Notes under the pieces: generated by a model
Told to the model about the DNA's origin: nothing
Databases searched by the model: none
What the model saw: the letters and a program-made list of their open reading frames with translations, nothing else
Part shown: positions 9,264 to 19,659 of the stretch, piece by piece
How positions within the stretch are numbered: the first letter of the stretch is position 1
Layout of the letters: each line of letters opens with the position of its first letter
Source: an uncultured archaeon
GTDB lineage: Archaea > Thermoplasmatota > Penumbrarchaeia > JASLWR01
DNA: 38,064 nucleotides
NCBI GenBank assembly: GCA_964430885.1
Contig: CAYSHM010000028.1
Span: 1 to 38,064 of the forward strand
Direction: 5' to 3'
Made by a program: the position numbers and the translations under genes

Positions 9264-10478
9264 ATGAAAGTTAGATCCCGGAAGGTCTTGCGGACATCAA
9301 TAATCCTTTTATTTTTCTTAGCCGTAGCTCTATCGGGGTGTATATTTCAGTCTAACGTGCTCACCTCAAAGGATCCGGGAATAGGTCATAATTCATATGA
9401 TATTCTGAATCCAGTGAATCACCCGAAACTCTGGATCGAGGTGGATTGGATGATCGGAGCTGAACCGGACTATTCAACTGAGAATACAGAAGAACCTCTG
9501 GATTCGGTTTATTCTTTAATTGACAAAGTGAGCGATAGGAGTTATGTCAAGGTACTCAAGGAGGACTACAAACTATCCGTCCCCAATTCGGGCACCAATG
9601 CAGGAAAACTGAGGTCCCTCAAGGAAATCAAGGAGATCGAGACAAAGCACAGAAGCATCAAAACAACCCAAGAGATTCAATCCGTCTATATTCTCTACGT
9701 TGACGGCGGTTATGACGAGGACGGCAACATCACTTCTTCCGGTGATAAAACACTTGGAATGACCTATTCATCTACATCTCTGGTGATATTCAAGAAGAAC
9801 ATAGATAGGATAGATCTGAACAAACTGCCCTCTACCCTGGACATTGATGATCATGACGAGATTGAGCAGGCTGTGATTCTGCATGAGTTTGGTAAACTGC
9901 TGGGTATGAAATGTCATGATGACAAAGAGGACATCATGCACAGCTCTTTGAACAGTACCAGATTCACCTCAGAACTGAATGGAAAACTGCCACGGGAATT
10001 TTCTAATGAACTTCTTCTGGAGCTGAACGATATTCACATGGGTATTGATACCCAGACCGTATATATAATTGATAACGGTACACAGGAGGATCTCATAGTA
10101 GAGGTCAAGTTCGCGGATAATTTTGATGATGATCTCCATACAGTGTCACTTCAATACCGGTCTTCAGAAGGAAAGACCGCTACAGTGATGATGGATTACA
10201 AGAGCGGTTACTATTATTTCAACATCGGCGGCAAGCTCCAGAATGAAGGGGGAAAATATATGATAAAGACCCGCAACAGCGATGGGCGGACACTGACCGG
10301 TACGGATACCAGGATAGAAGGGGTCAATATGGTACCGGAGAATCCCAAATATATCTCAGCAGGCGGGAAAGAGGAGAACAATAACATAATTTCCATGGTT
10401 CTGGGTCTGATATTCATATCCTTCATAGTCCTGATAATCATCCTTGGAAGAAAAGCTAGGAAGGAAGAGGATAATTAA
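9264..10478 (+). CDS. Lipoprotein with zincin-like domain (degenerate zinc motif) and C-terminal TM anchor
   Basis: Lipobox LSGC; LWIEVDWMIGAEP; TLGMTYSSTSLVIFK; ILHEFGKLLGMKCH followed by DIM (Met-turn-like); C-terminal TM then a basic tail. Confidence 0.75.
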   Translation: MKVRSRKVLRTSIILLFFLAVALSGCIFQSNVLTSKDPGIGHNSYDILNPVNHPKLWIEVDWMIGAEPDYSTENTEEPLDSVYSLIDKVSDRSYVKVLKEDYKLSVPNSGTNAGKLRSLKEIKEIETKHRSIKTTQEIQSVYILYVDGGYDEDGNITSSGDKTLGMTYSSTSLVIFKKNIDRIDLNKLPSTLDIDDHDEIEQAVILHEFGKLLGMKCHDDKEDIMHSSLNSTRFTSELNGKLPREFSNELLLELNDIHMGIDTQTVYIIDNGTQEDLIVEVKFADNFDDDLHTVSLQYRSSEGKTATVMMDYKSGYYYFNIGGKLQNEGGKYMIKTRNSDGRTLTGTDTRIEGVNMVPENPKYISAGGKEENNNIISMVLGLIFISFIVLIIILGRKARKEEDN

Positions 10479-10516
10479 ACCTCTAAAAATAAAAATCCAA
10501 TAGTCAAGCAAATATT

Positions 10517-11593
10517 TTACCTGTTCCGTTCACCCTTGATAAAATCTTCCACCATGATCTTGCTGAGAGAATCAGGGTATTGTTCCAATGGATGTTTGAA
10601 ACTGAAGGAAGATATGCTTGTAAGCGCTCCTTTGATGTTTCTATCCAAAGCCAATTTCATTGCCCTTATCACATCGATCATAACACCTGCTGAGTTGGGG
10701 CTGTCCTCAACACTTAGCTTTAGATCGAGTTCAAGAGGGACATCTCCGAACTTCTTACCTGTGATCTTGAGATAGCATATCTTGTTATCGCTAAGGAACT
10801 TCACGTGGCCAGAAGGTTCAATATGAAGCGGAACATCATAGGGAACCAGGCTCTGGACGGCATCGGTCTTGCTCTCTCTTTTAGATTCTATTCTAGTTCT
10901 TTCGAGCATATTCTGGAAATCCGTATTGCCACCTATGTTCAACTGGTAGCTGTTCATTATCTCAACTCCCCTGTTGACAAATAGATCAGCCAATACTCGA
11001 TGGACAATGGTAGCACCCAGCTGGGATTTGATATCATCTCCGGCACAGGGCAGCCCCGCATCATCAAACCTCTTTATCCATTTTGGTTTTGAAGCAATGA
11101 ACTCGGGGATGGCGTTAATAAATCCGCACCCTGCTTTAAGACATTCTTCGGCATAGTACTTTGTTGCTTCTTTGCTGCCTACCGGGAGATAATTGATCAT
11201 CATTTCTGCACCGGTATCCCTTAGGATATCCGCAACATCCACAGGAAGACTTCCGTCATCCACGGGGATCAGATTTCCCAAGTATTTTCCAATCCCATCA
11301 AATACAGGACCCTTTTCTACTGATACATCCAGGTGGGGAACGTCCGAGAATTTTTTGGTGCAGTTTGGAGGAGCGAAAATGGCTTCTGAAAGGTCCTTAC
11401 CAACCTTTTCTCTGTTGATATCAAAGGCTGCCACGAATTCTATATCGGATATCATGTATCCCCCGAAAACATTATGCATTAAACCAGGAACCTTACTGTC
11501 GCTTTCATCGATATTCTTATAGTATTCAACACCTTGAACCAGTGACGATGCACAGTTCCCCACACCTACGATTGCAACCTTGATTGATGACAT
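10517..11593 (-). CDS. ino1: myo-inositol-1-phosphate synthase
   Basis: VAIVGVGNCASSLVQG, NYLPVGS, GDDIKSQLGATIVHR, NIGGNTDF and VEDSPNSAG. Alternative GTG start at 11602. Confidence 0.96.
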   Translation of the reverse strand: MSSIKVAIVGVGNCASSLVQGVEYYKNIDESDSKVPGLMHNVFGGYMISDIEFVAAFDINREKVGKDLSEAIFAPPNCTKKFSDVPHLDVSVEKGPVFDGIGKYLGNLIPVDDGSLPVDVADILRDTGAEMMINYLPVGSKEATKYYAEECLKAGCGFINAIPEFIASKPKWIKRFDDAGLPCAGDDIKSQLGATIVHRVLADLFVNRGVEIMNSYQLNIGGNTDFQNMLERTRIESKRESKTDAVQSLVPYDVPLHIEPSGHVKFLSDNKICYLKITGKKFGDVPLELDLKLSVEDSPNSAGVMIDVIRAMKLALDRNIKGALTSISSFSFKHPLEQYPDSLSKIMVEDFIKGERNR

Positions 11594-11918
11594 GTTTTTC
11601 ACTAATCCCAGAATTAAAAACCGAGTGAATAAGATAATCCCTATATTTAATCTTTTTCAATCTGCAAACTCGATAGACATAAAAAACATTTCAATTTTAG
11701 GAACATGCAGTCATTTAACCTATAACTGTTCCACAATACCGGAGAAATCAATAAATCGAGATCAACTTATATCAAAAGGACCTCATTCTGATAAACTTAA
11801 TCAGTAGTGAATTTATATTTATACGACCATATCCATTTAAGCTAGATTATCCGGTAGTAATAATACTTTAAAATATATATTTGCTTTAGAATTATTACAA
11901 TACTACAGGTGTTCATAA

Positions 11919-12695
11919 ATGAGATATGCTAGTAAAAATGATAATAACTATACTAAAGCTGCCGATGTCATAAGTTCAGCTGAACACTTGATCGCCTTCA
12001 CAGGTGCTGGGATATCGGTGGAAAGCCAGATCCCTCCCTTCAGAGGAGAGAACGGTTTATGGGCCAAATACGATCCCGGATTGTTCCATATAGATTATTT
12101 CTTGAATGATCCCGCCAAAGGATGGGACCTGTTCATGGAGATATTCTTTGATCCCTTCAATACCGCTCAGCCCAATACCGCCCATGAAGTACTGGCACTG
12201 ATGCAGAAAAATGATATGCTGTCGGTCATAATCACTCAAAACATTGATAACCTTCATCAGAAGGCAGGGTCTGGGAATGTTTTGGATTTTCACGGAAATT
12301 TTTTCAGGACAATTTGTCTCGGATGCAGGAGGACCTACCCCACTATTGAAGTAAAACCATTAAAGGGATATCCGAGGTGTGAAAGTTGCAGGGGAACTCT
12401 GAAACCTGATATTGTTTTCTTCGGAGAAGGAATACCTGACAAGGTCCGCAGCCTCTCCTTTCAGGAATCCGAACGGAGCGATGTGATACTGGTTATCGGG
12501 ACCACCGGGGAGATAGCACCGGCCAACTATATACCCATACTCGCAAGCCAGAATGGTGCAACAATAATCGAAGTAAATCCTGAACCCTCATTTTTCACTA
12601 GAACAATAACGGACATTTTCATCAGGGGAAAGGCAGTAAAGGCAATGGGAATTATTGGATGTGAACTAGGATTCGAATTGGGAAAGGAGATATAG
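11919..12695 (+). CDS. cobB: NAD-dependent protein deacylase (Sir2/CobB)
   Basis: TGAGISVESQIPPFRG, TQNIDNLHQKAG, HG, CxxC/CxxC, KPDIVFFGE and IGTT. RBS CAGGTG. Confidence 0.95.
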   Translation: MRYASKNDNNYTKAADVISSAEHLIAFTGAGISVESQIPPFRGENGLWAKYDPGLFHIDYFLNDPAKGWDLFMEIFFDPFNTAQPNTAHEVLALMQKNDMLSVIITQNIDNLHQKAGSGNVLDFHGNFFRTICLGCRRTYPTIEVKPLKGYPRCESCRGTLKPDIVFFGEGIPDKVRSLSFQESERSDVILVIGTTGEIAPANYIPILASQNGATIIEVNPEPSFFTRTITDIFIRGKAVKAMGIIGCELGFELGKEI

Positions 12696-12758
12696 AATCC
12701 ACTTAGTGCTAATTGGAAATTATTATGATTAATGGGATGTTTTCCATGTTTATTGATT

Positions 12759-14471
12759 TCATTTCAAGGTATCTAATTTATTTAGGTATTCTTCCTTCAA
12801 TCTCCTGTATTCTGCGCCTTCAATATTTCCTTCCTTGAATTCGACCTTCAGCAGTTCAAGGGCAAGATTTGCCTCCTCCTGCATCTTCTTCAATTCAATC
12901 TCCATTATCTCTGAACCTTCCCAGTCCCTTTTCCTTTTATTCTCATCCTTTCCTTTCCTTGATTTGGAATTGCCTCCTTTACTCTTCTTATTCCCGCCCT
13001 TCCCGCCGGGTTTCACATTGATATTATTACCCTTCTTATCTACTCTTTCCCTACGGACGGATATGATAATGATTGTCAGAATGATAATTATGATGATAAC
13101 GGAGATAATCACCGTGTTCCTATTCGCAGAAAACCAGCTTTCCTGCCCCGCTTCATTTTTCGGGTCCTTATCGGTAGTGCTCTCTATCAGCTCTAATTTG
13201 GAAAGGGTGATGACATCATTCCCCTTCGAATCCCGGGCAGGATACAGTACGAACATTGATCCTTCTTTCATCACGATTTTTCCTGACATGTCTGAATGAC
13301 CGTTTTCTGTGAGCTTTCGGGTATAGCTGAAGACACCTTTACCGTCTGACCATTTGACATAAACATCCTTATCATTGCTGTATACCATTCCTCCGGTCTC
13401 ATCCTCATCTATGAAAATACCACCAGTCAACTGCTGTGTCTGGGTATTGTTAAGGGCAGGTGGAATTTCCCTGAAAAAATGATTCCCAGTATTATTTGAA
13501 CGAGAGAGGAAAAGCATATCCCAATAGTTCTTTTCCCTATTGTCTTCCCAGGTTATATAAATCTGGCCAATATCATTGGCGGTTATTTCCGGAACTCCTA
13601 CAGTTATAGGATAGGGTTTTTTCCACATCTCCTCGTCCAAGTGGTCGATTCTGATTATTTCTCCCTTGACCAATGTACTACTGTCGATCTTCCTGAACCT
13701 GATACTGTTGTTCTCATTCCAGGTGCAGAAGATAAATCTGCTGTCAATTTGAATGTTCATACCTTTGCAGTCCGGTTCACTGTTATCAGAAACCATCAAA
13801 GGTTCCAGAAACTTACCGCCCCCATTCCTGCTCACTGCCATGAAGCATTCGTATTCCGAAGTGGCGTTTACCTGACCTCGGTATGTACAGTATATCTCTC
13901 CGCCGTCGGCCACGTATAGATCCAAAAACCCAACATCAGCAAGACCCGTGTCTATCTCCCCCAGGCTCTCAAATGACAACCCCCGGTCCTGGGACCGGCC
14001 CAACTTCAGAATACTGCCGCCCGAACCACCATTTTCCGGATTATTCTCCTTCCAGATTATATAATATTCATTGGTATCCGCTCTGGCAGCCACTGAAATA
14101 TCCTCAACATCCTTACCGGAAAGTAATTCAACGTCCCCTGAAGAAACAGGATCTAGGTCCTCTCCCTGGAAAAGAGCAATTCCAACGGATGAAGCGGTAT
14201 CGCCCTTAAGCCATAGACATAATATATCCCCAACAGCGTCCATGACTATTTCAAGATCCATGATGTCCTCATGTCCTTCTAAATATTCCTCCTTTTGGAT
14301 CACAAGGTGCCAGTTATCCTCCGGCAGGGGGATGAAATACGGCTCCTCGGCTCCTATAAGAACTAGATTCATTGAAATTATCAATAGCCCAACAGCTATG
14401 CTGATCACTGGTTTCGGATTGATCCCTCCTAACCCTGACAAACCACCGGGTCTCTGTCTTACTGATTTCAT
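12759..14471 (-). CDS. Membrane-anchored BNR/Asp-box (sialidase-like propeller) protein with SHOCT-like tail
   Basis: Asp boxes SQDRGLSF, SRNGGGKF, SNNTGNHF, SDGKGVF; N-terminal signal; TM; Lys/Gly-rich linker; tail LKVEFKEGNIEGAEYRRLK. Confidence 0.7.
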   Translation of the reverse strand: MKSVRQRPGGLSGLGGINPKPVISIAVGLLIISMNLVLIGAEEPYFIPLPEDNWHLVIQKEEYLEGHEDIMDLEIVMDAVGDILCLWLKGDTASSVGIALFQGEDLDPVSSGDVELLSGKDVEDISVAARADTNEYYIIWKENNPENGGSGGSILKLGRSQDRGLSFESLGEIDTGLADVGFLDLYVADGGEIYCTYRGQVNATSEYECFMAVSRNGGGKFLEPLMVSDNSEPDCKGMNIQIDSRFIFCTWNENNSIRFRKIDSSTLVKGEIIRIDHLDEEMWKKPYPITVGVPEITANDIGQIYITWEDNREKNYWDMLFLSRSNNTGNHFFREIPPALNNTQTQQLTGGIFIDEDETGGMVYSNDKDVYVKWSDGKGVFSYTRKLTENGHSDMSGKIVMKEGSMFVLYPARDSKGNDVITLSKLELIESTTDKDPKNEAGQESWFSANRNTVIISVIIIIIILTIIIISVRRERVDKKGNNINVKPGGKGGNKKSKGGNSKSRKGKDENKRKRDWEGSEIMEIELKKMQEEANLALELLKVEFKEGNIEGAEYRRLKEEYLNKLDTLK

Positions 14472-14600
14472 TATTATCCACCACTAGATTAGATTTTCCT
14501 CCTGTGACTCCGCTACCCTTATCGATTACCACATCATAGTCATTATCCAATATAATTGATATTATTCAATATAATGAATCCGCTTTCATCTCTTAGACGA

Positions 14601-15419
14601 TCATTCTCTTTCGGGTTCGATCCTAGAGATATAGGAGGAGTGCAGTTCAATAATATCTCTGTTCTTTCTCGCTGAAAGGTCATAGAACCTGCACCATTCA
14701 CCTTCTGAAAGACCAGACGCTGCCATGGCCGCATCATCCCATAACACGACCTTCACTGATGATGAATCATCCATTATGATTAGGTTCAGCACCTGTCCGC
14801 TCCCGCCGCTTTTTCGCTTGAAGGACCTTACATCGAATCGGGCTATGATCTCCCCCCGGATATTATAAATTCCACCTGGATCAATATCCGTTATTGGTGA
14901 AATGTTCTTGGATGATTCCCCAGCGCCAAGAATTGAAGGAAAATCCTCCGGGTCGAGCATCACTGCGCTCCATTTATCGGGTACCACCTGTTTCCCGTAT
15001 CTATCTATCTTTACTGATACGTTAATGAGTTTCAATTTGTAACCCTTCTTCAAACCCAAGGAGGAAACGGATTCTATTGTCTTCTCGTCCCATATTATGA
15101 CATCCGTCTTTCCAGTATGATCATCCAGATAGAAATTCATTTTTGTTCCTTCCTTACCATTCTTCCTGATATAGGTCTGGATCTGTACTTTGGATACCAC
15201 CAATCCGAAGACTGTCACCCTTGTCCCGTTCTTCAGGTTACCTATGGCAGACGAACCTGCAAGGTCGATCCCCAAGGAGGAAGCAGCTATATACGAGATA
15301 GCAATCTCATTGAACAATCCGCTGCTGTTCTTTAGGATCCGGGCCCTCTCCTCCTGGAATCTATCCATAAGACCCTTTTTTTCCACCATAGCACTGATCT
15401 CTTCTTCACTGTAGCTCAT
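14601..15419 (-). CDS. rpa: Replication protein A-like ssDNA-binding protein (two OB folds)
   Basis: N-terminal helical segment, then two OB repeats: YIRKNGKEG...LDDHTGKTDVIIWD and FKRKSGGSGQV...MDDSSSVKVVLWD. Confidence 0.85.
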   Translation of the reverse strand: MSYSEEEISAMVEKKGLMDRFQEERARILKNSSGLFNEIAISYIAASSLGIDLAGSSAIGNLKNGTRVTVFGLVVSKVQIQTYIRKNGKEGTKMNFYLDDHTGKTDVIIWDEKTIESVSSLGLKKGYKLKLINVSVKIDRYGKQVVPDKWSAVMLDPEDFPSILGAGESSKNISPITDIDPGGIYNIRGEIIARFDVRSFKRKSGGSGQVLNLIIMDDSSSVKVVLWDDAAMAASGLSEGEWCRFYDLSARKNRDIIELHSSYISRIEPERE

Positions 15420-15686
15420 CAATACCCCAACAAATTGACTTTTATTTGAAAATTACTGTACGTTATGAAACCTAAATAAACAAAAGCTTAGTTGATTAAC
15501 AATTCCTTTACCGTTTTTTCATCACCATCGGCTCCATTTTTGACTGGATATCATGTTCTGCTGATCCATGGGGATTCATTTAATCCAAGCCAAAAGAGAA
15601 AGAGTAGGAAAAAATATTTAAACAATAAATATCAATAATCTAAGGATATTGGTCTGAAATTGTATTCAGATAAGGATGTGGTTGTA

Positions 15687-16430
15687 TTGAAAAAAGAAAT
15701 GTTGGCACCTCTTATTATGATTATTCTTATGATAACAGCTAGTATGACCTTCATGGGCTGCTTCTCCAAAGATAAGAAGAAGAAGGATAATGACGACGAC
15801 GATATTGTGGAGATAGCGCCAGTGGCAGTTATCAAGGCCAGCAAGACCCGTATAGTGGCTGGAGAGAACATTACCTTCTCTAGTGCGGATTCCTATGACA
15901 CCGATGGTCAGGTTGTCAGATATTTCTGGAATTTCGGTGACGGCATTACAAATGCTACAAATTCTACCACAAAGGATCATAATTACACGCACCAGGGTTA
16001 TTATAATGTCACTTTGACCATTTATGATGACATGGATCTCGAGAACTCTACTTCTATCATGATCACGGTGATACCAGGAACCCAAACAGTACAGGGCCAG
16101 GAGATACTGCTTGAAAGGGATAATCCAATAATACCCTCAAATCTTACCAATCATATCACCAAAGAACCCTTCAACGGAAACTTTTCATTGAACATAACTT
16201 TCCTGGGCGGATCCGCAACACAGCAGCTGGATGCAAATGTCACTCTTGCACTATACGACCCGGACTCCGTTCAGTTAGCTTACAAGGAATATACCGTTAC
16301 AGTCCAGGAGGTCGACGGTATAGGTCTGACAGGGGTTGATTTCCAGAAAAATGGGGATTACCGACTTGAGCTTTCCGTGAAAAAAGGCTCTCTGTACATA
16401 TCTTATATAATGACCATAGTCTATACCTGA
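15687..16430 (+). CDS. PKD-domain lipoprotein
   Basis: Lipobox FMGC; FSSADSYDTDG...YFWNFGDG...HNYTHQGYYNVTLTIYDD; ten NxS/T sequons. Start uncertain (15660, 15687 or 15699). Confidence 0.85.
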   Translation: MKKEMLAPLIMIILMITASMTFMGCFSKDKKKKDNDDDDIVEIAPVAVIKASKTRIVAGENITFSSADSYDTDGQVVRYFWNFGDGITNATNSTTKDHNYTHQGYYNVTLTIYDDMDLENSTSIMITVIPGTQTVQGQEILLERDNPIIPSNLTNHITKEPFNGNFSLNITFLGGSATQQLDANVTLALYDPDSVQLAYKEYTVTVQEVDGIGLTGVDFQKNGDYRLELSVKKGSLYISYIMTIVYT

Positions 16431-16550
16431 ACATCTCTTATTTACCGCCGAGCATCATCAGCAGTTGCATAGTAAGGCAGAGTAATTCAAACATTATATT
16501 TGATAAATATGGTTATTCTAGAAGCGGGCCTCTTGAGCTGGAGGTATTAA

Positions 16551-17582
16551 TTGAAGGTAGATGATAATATCTTTCAGGACATACTGCTGCTGACAAGATT
16601 GAACCCTCGTTTCTGGTGGGGTGAATACGCTCTTTTCTCCCTATTAATCCCCTTTCTTCTGGTCGTCTACATCTTTGATTCCGGCCATGATCTTTGGAAT
16701 GTGATCTCTGTTTTTATTCCAATATTCATCCTGTACGGTTTCACCTTTACACTGAACTATCTTACCGATGTCCGCGAGGATCGATATAAAGAAAATGTAT
16801 TCAGAATGAACAGGCGCAGAAGGATTCTGGGTTTTATACTTCTGCCTCTTCTTCTGACAGCAATGATATTCCTTTCATACCTATATCTGAGCGGGACCGC
16901 ATTGATCATCTTTGGAGTCCTGTTATTGGTTTCCATCATTTATTCCTGGGGATTGAGATTGAAGGAAACTCCCATGGGTCCCTTTGCGGCTTCTCTGTTC
17001 TACTGGGGTCCTGCTATTTTATTGATAAGCCATTTCTCCAAAGACCCATGGGTGAACATAGGGGAATTGAAGACTGAATCCCTGATCTTTCTCATGTATA
17101 TATTATCAATTTTCTTCTACGGTCTTGTAATGGAGCTCGAACATAATCTCTTCGATCTCAAGGCCGATCTCAAGGCCGATGTCAGGACTCTAGCAGTTAG
17201 AATAGGGAAGGAGCGGGTGGGGAAGCTGATAAAAATTGTCAGGATCATTCTTGCAGTGCCCCTAATAGCTTTTTCATTTCTAATCTCCTGGCATTTTGCT
17301 CTGGCTGTAGCACTTATGATCCTGGTTAATCTGAAATGGAACGTGAGCTTGAAGTATTTTTTCATTCTATTGGCAGTGTTTTTCCTCGTCCAAGAAGGAC
17401 TTTCACAGACTGCGGTTTTCATTTTCTTATGCTTATCACCGCATATCTCCTTTATACTGGTGGGTATGATACAGGAATCAAGGAAACTGCTTCACCAAAT
17501 AAGAAGATCCAGAAGGCACCTGATAGACAGAATGCATGAAGAACACAAGAGAATTATCTTTTCGGAGCTCGAGAGAATGTAA
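16551..17582 (+). CDS. UbiA-family prenyltransferase
   Basis: Multiple TM segments; NYLTDVRED; YSWGLRLKETP; DLKADLKADVRTLAV. TTG start with GGAGGT at 16540-16545. Substrate not assignable. Confidence 0.85.
   Translation: MKVDDNIFQDILLLTRLNPRFWWGEYALFSLLIPFLLVVYIFDSGHDLWNVISVFIPIFILYGFTFTLNYLTDVREDRYKENVFRMNRRRRILGFILLPLLLTAMIFLSYLYLSGTALIIFGVLLLVSIIYSWGLRLKETPMGPFAASLFYWGPAILLISHFSKDPWVNIGELKTESLIFLMYILSIFFYGLVMELEHNLFDLKADLKADVRTLAVRIGKERVGKLIKIVRIILAVPLIAFSFLISWHFALAVALMILVNLKWNVSLKYFFILLAVFFLVQEGLSQTAVFIFLCLSPHISFILVGMIQESRKLLHQIRRSRRHLIDRMHEEHKRIIFSELERM
17153..17180. repeat. Perfect 12-bp tandem repeat (2.3 copies) inside the UbiA gene
   Basis: cgatctcaaggc cgatctcaaggc cgat, encoding DLKADLKAD. 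Confidence 0.8.
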
Positions 17583-17601
17583 ATACTCCATTTTTAACTT
17601 A

Positions 17602-19407
17602 TCAGGTCTGGGTGAAATAGGCATTCACCACGGCATCCTCCAAAAAGGTCTTCACGAAACCGTATCTCTCGAACTGGATCACTTCAGTCCTCTGCTTCCT
17701 GATGTGTGATTCTACCCAACCCATGTCCCGCTCTCCGTCTGTTCTATGAACAATGCATCTGAGTTTCTGTTCTATATTTTCCGGAACCCAATGGATGGGC
17801 CTTGCTCCCTTCTCCTTCATCCATTTCAATGAGTTTCCCTGATATTTGGCATAGAAGATATTGTCATCTTCAGAAAATGATTCAACTGTGAGATTGCACA
17901 GGTCCTTAAGCCGGATGGCAACACCGGACCCATCCTTTTTATCAATGATCTTTTTGAACTCATCAATGATATTCCGGGCATCTTCCCAATCAATGAGTAT
18001 CCTGAACAAACCCTCGGAATCCGGTTCAAAAACAGTATTTTTCTTTCCCAATTCATCCTTAGCAGGGTGGAGTGGAACTTCTGCCTTGAGTTTGTCTATG
18101 TTCTTCACTTTTAGGGTGAATGGGTCTCTGACAAAGTAATATCGCTCCGCCTCTGGATCAATGATCTTCTTGTTGAAAGCGTAGAGATTGGCCCAGGAGA
18201 ACTGGAGATCAACAGGCTTGATACCCACCTCTTTCCAGTAATCCCTAATAGCCTCTGGTTTGATGCCTCTCCTCTCCATTGTCCTCAAGGTCCCCAATCG
18301 GACATCATCCCAACCGCTGAACTCACCTGATTTAATTCCTTCTCTTATAAGGGACGTCTTCAATAACGTGTCCTTCATTGATACCCAGCCGTAATGGTGG
18401 AACTCGGGAAGGAGCCAGCCGAAATAACGGTAGACGTATTTCTGTCGTATAGTGTTGTTCAGATGATCCTTTCCTCGAAGTATATGGGTACATCCGAGAA
18501 GATGATCGTCCACCACCACCGAGAAATTGTAAAGTGGATATATATGGAATTCACTGCCTGTCCTTGGATGAGGTGTACTGTTTATTCTCATTGCAACGAA
18601 ATCCCTTACCGCCGGGTTCTTGTGAAAAAGGTCTGTCTTGACAACAACTGAAGCTTCGTTCGGTCCATAGCTTCCATCCACCATTTTCCTCCATTCTACC
18701 AGCTGGATGTCCGGACCAAGTGACCTGTGGGGACATTCCCGGCTTCTTTCCTTAAGTCCTCTCCATTCCTCCACATCGCAGGAACAAACATAGGCGTGAC
18801 CCATTTCAATAAGCTCCGCGGCCTTTTCCATATAGATGCTGAACCTGTCGCTTTGTATCACCACATCAGTGTACTCCACTCCCAGCCATTTGAGGTCCTC
18901 AAGGATGCTGTCATAGGCTTCGGGGTCTATCTTCTCAGGGTTGGTATCCTCAAGCCGAATAATCAGTTTTCCGCGGTATCGCTTAACATATTCATCGTTA
19001 ATCACAGCCGCCCGTGTATGGCCTATATGGAGGGGGCCGGAAGGACCAGGGGCGAATCTCATAACCACTCCCTTCTCCGACTTCTTCAATGGAGGGAGTT
19101 CAAACCTCCCTGCTGCCGGCCTCTTATCGGTATTATCTCCGGCAAATTTAGGTCCAAGAATGGATTTCCCCTCTTCCTGCTGGGACTCGGTCAAGGAGTT
19201 GACCTCCCCTAGTATCCTCTTCACCTCATAACTTACTGCTCCAGCCATCTTACGGAGATTCATATCCGAAGCCATTATTTTACCCATTACCGAACCCATG
19301 TTCGCTTTCCCGCCGTATTTGGACGCATTCTCCAGAGCGTAGTATCTAATTCTATCCAGGGTATCTTGGTCGAGAGAGCCCTTTCCAGCCCGTCCTGCTT
19401 TTTTCAT
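17602..19407 (-). CDS. gltX: Glutamate--tRNA ligase, archaeal type
   Basis: ALENASKYGGKA N-terminal domain, RFAPGPSGPLHIGH, RLEDTNP, YVCSC, LRGKDH, GWDDVRLGT and QFERYGF. ATG 19407 has RBS GAGGGTGA; the ORF track opens at 19452. Confidence 0.96.
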   Translation of the reverse strand: MKKAGRAGKGSLDQDTLDRIRYYALENASKYGGKANMGSVMGKIMASDMNLRKMAGAVSYEVKRILGEVNSLTESQQEEGKSILGPKFAGDNTDKRPAAGRFELPPLKKSEKGVVMRFAPGPSGPLHIGHTRAAVINDEYVKRYRGKLIIRLEDTNPEKIDPEAYDSILEDLKWLGVEYTDVVIQSDRFSIYMEKAAELIEMGHAYVCSCDVEEWRGLKERSRECPHRSLGPDIQLVEWRKMVDGSYGPNEASVVVKTDLFHKNPAVRDFVAMRINSTPHPRTGSEFHIYPLYNFSVVVDDHLLGCTHILRGKDHLNNTIRQKYVYRYFGWLLPEFHHYGWVSMKDTLLKTSLIREGIKSGEFSGWDDVRLGTLRTMERRGIKPEAIRDYWKEVGIKPVDLQFSWANLYAFNKKIIDPEAERYYFVRDPFTLKVKNIDKLKAEVPLHPAKDELGKKNTVFEPDSEGLFRILIDWEDARNIIDEFKKIIDKKDGSGVAIRLKDLCNLTVESFSEDDNIFYAKYQGNSLKWMKEKGARPIHWVPENIEQKLRCIVHRTDGERDMGWVESHIRKQRTEVIQFERYGFVKTFLEDAVVNAYFTQT

Positions 19408-19659
19408 GGTCACCCTCAAGTTTAAATTTTCAATCTTTGGAGTATGAAGCATTACTCTAAAAATCGCTATATTAAATTTATAAATATATAATCCTGATAC
19501 CTTAACTTTGAATATCTAATTCACATATTGCAATTTCAATATTAAAAACAGCATCATATTATAAGGTTTCATCCATGTTTCTTAACTGCTCCTAATTCAA
19601 TTACATTCTAAAAATCATTCCCGCTTGATTTACCAGAAACAGATTCTGTGTCATTTCAA

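Noticed and set aside
11919-12695. Sir2 as an anti-phage NADase (Thoeris/DSR type)
   Set aside because: It is a canonical stand-alone CobB with zinc finger, without defence partners.
16455-16461. CTGATGA on the - strand (hammerhead core or C/D box)
   Set aside because: No stem II followed by GAAA, and no correctly spaced C and D boxes.
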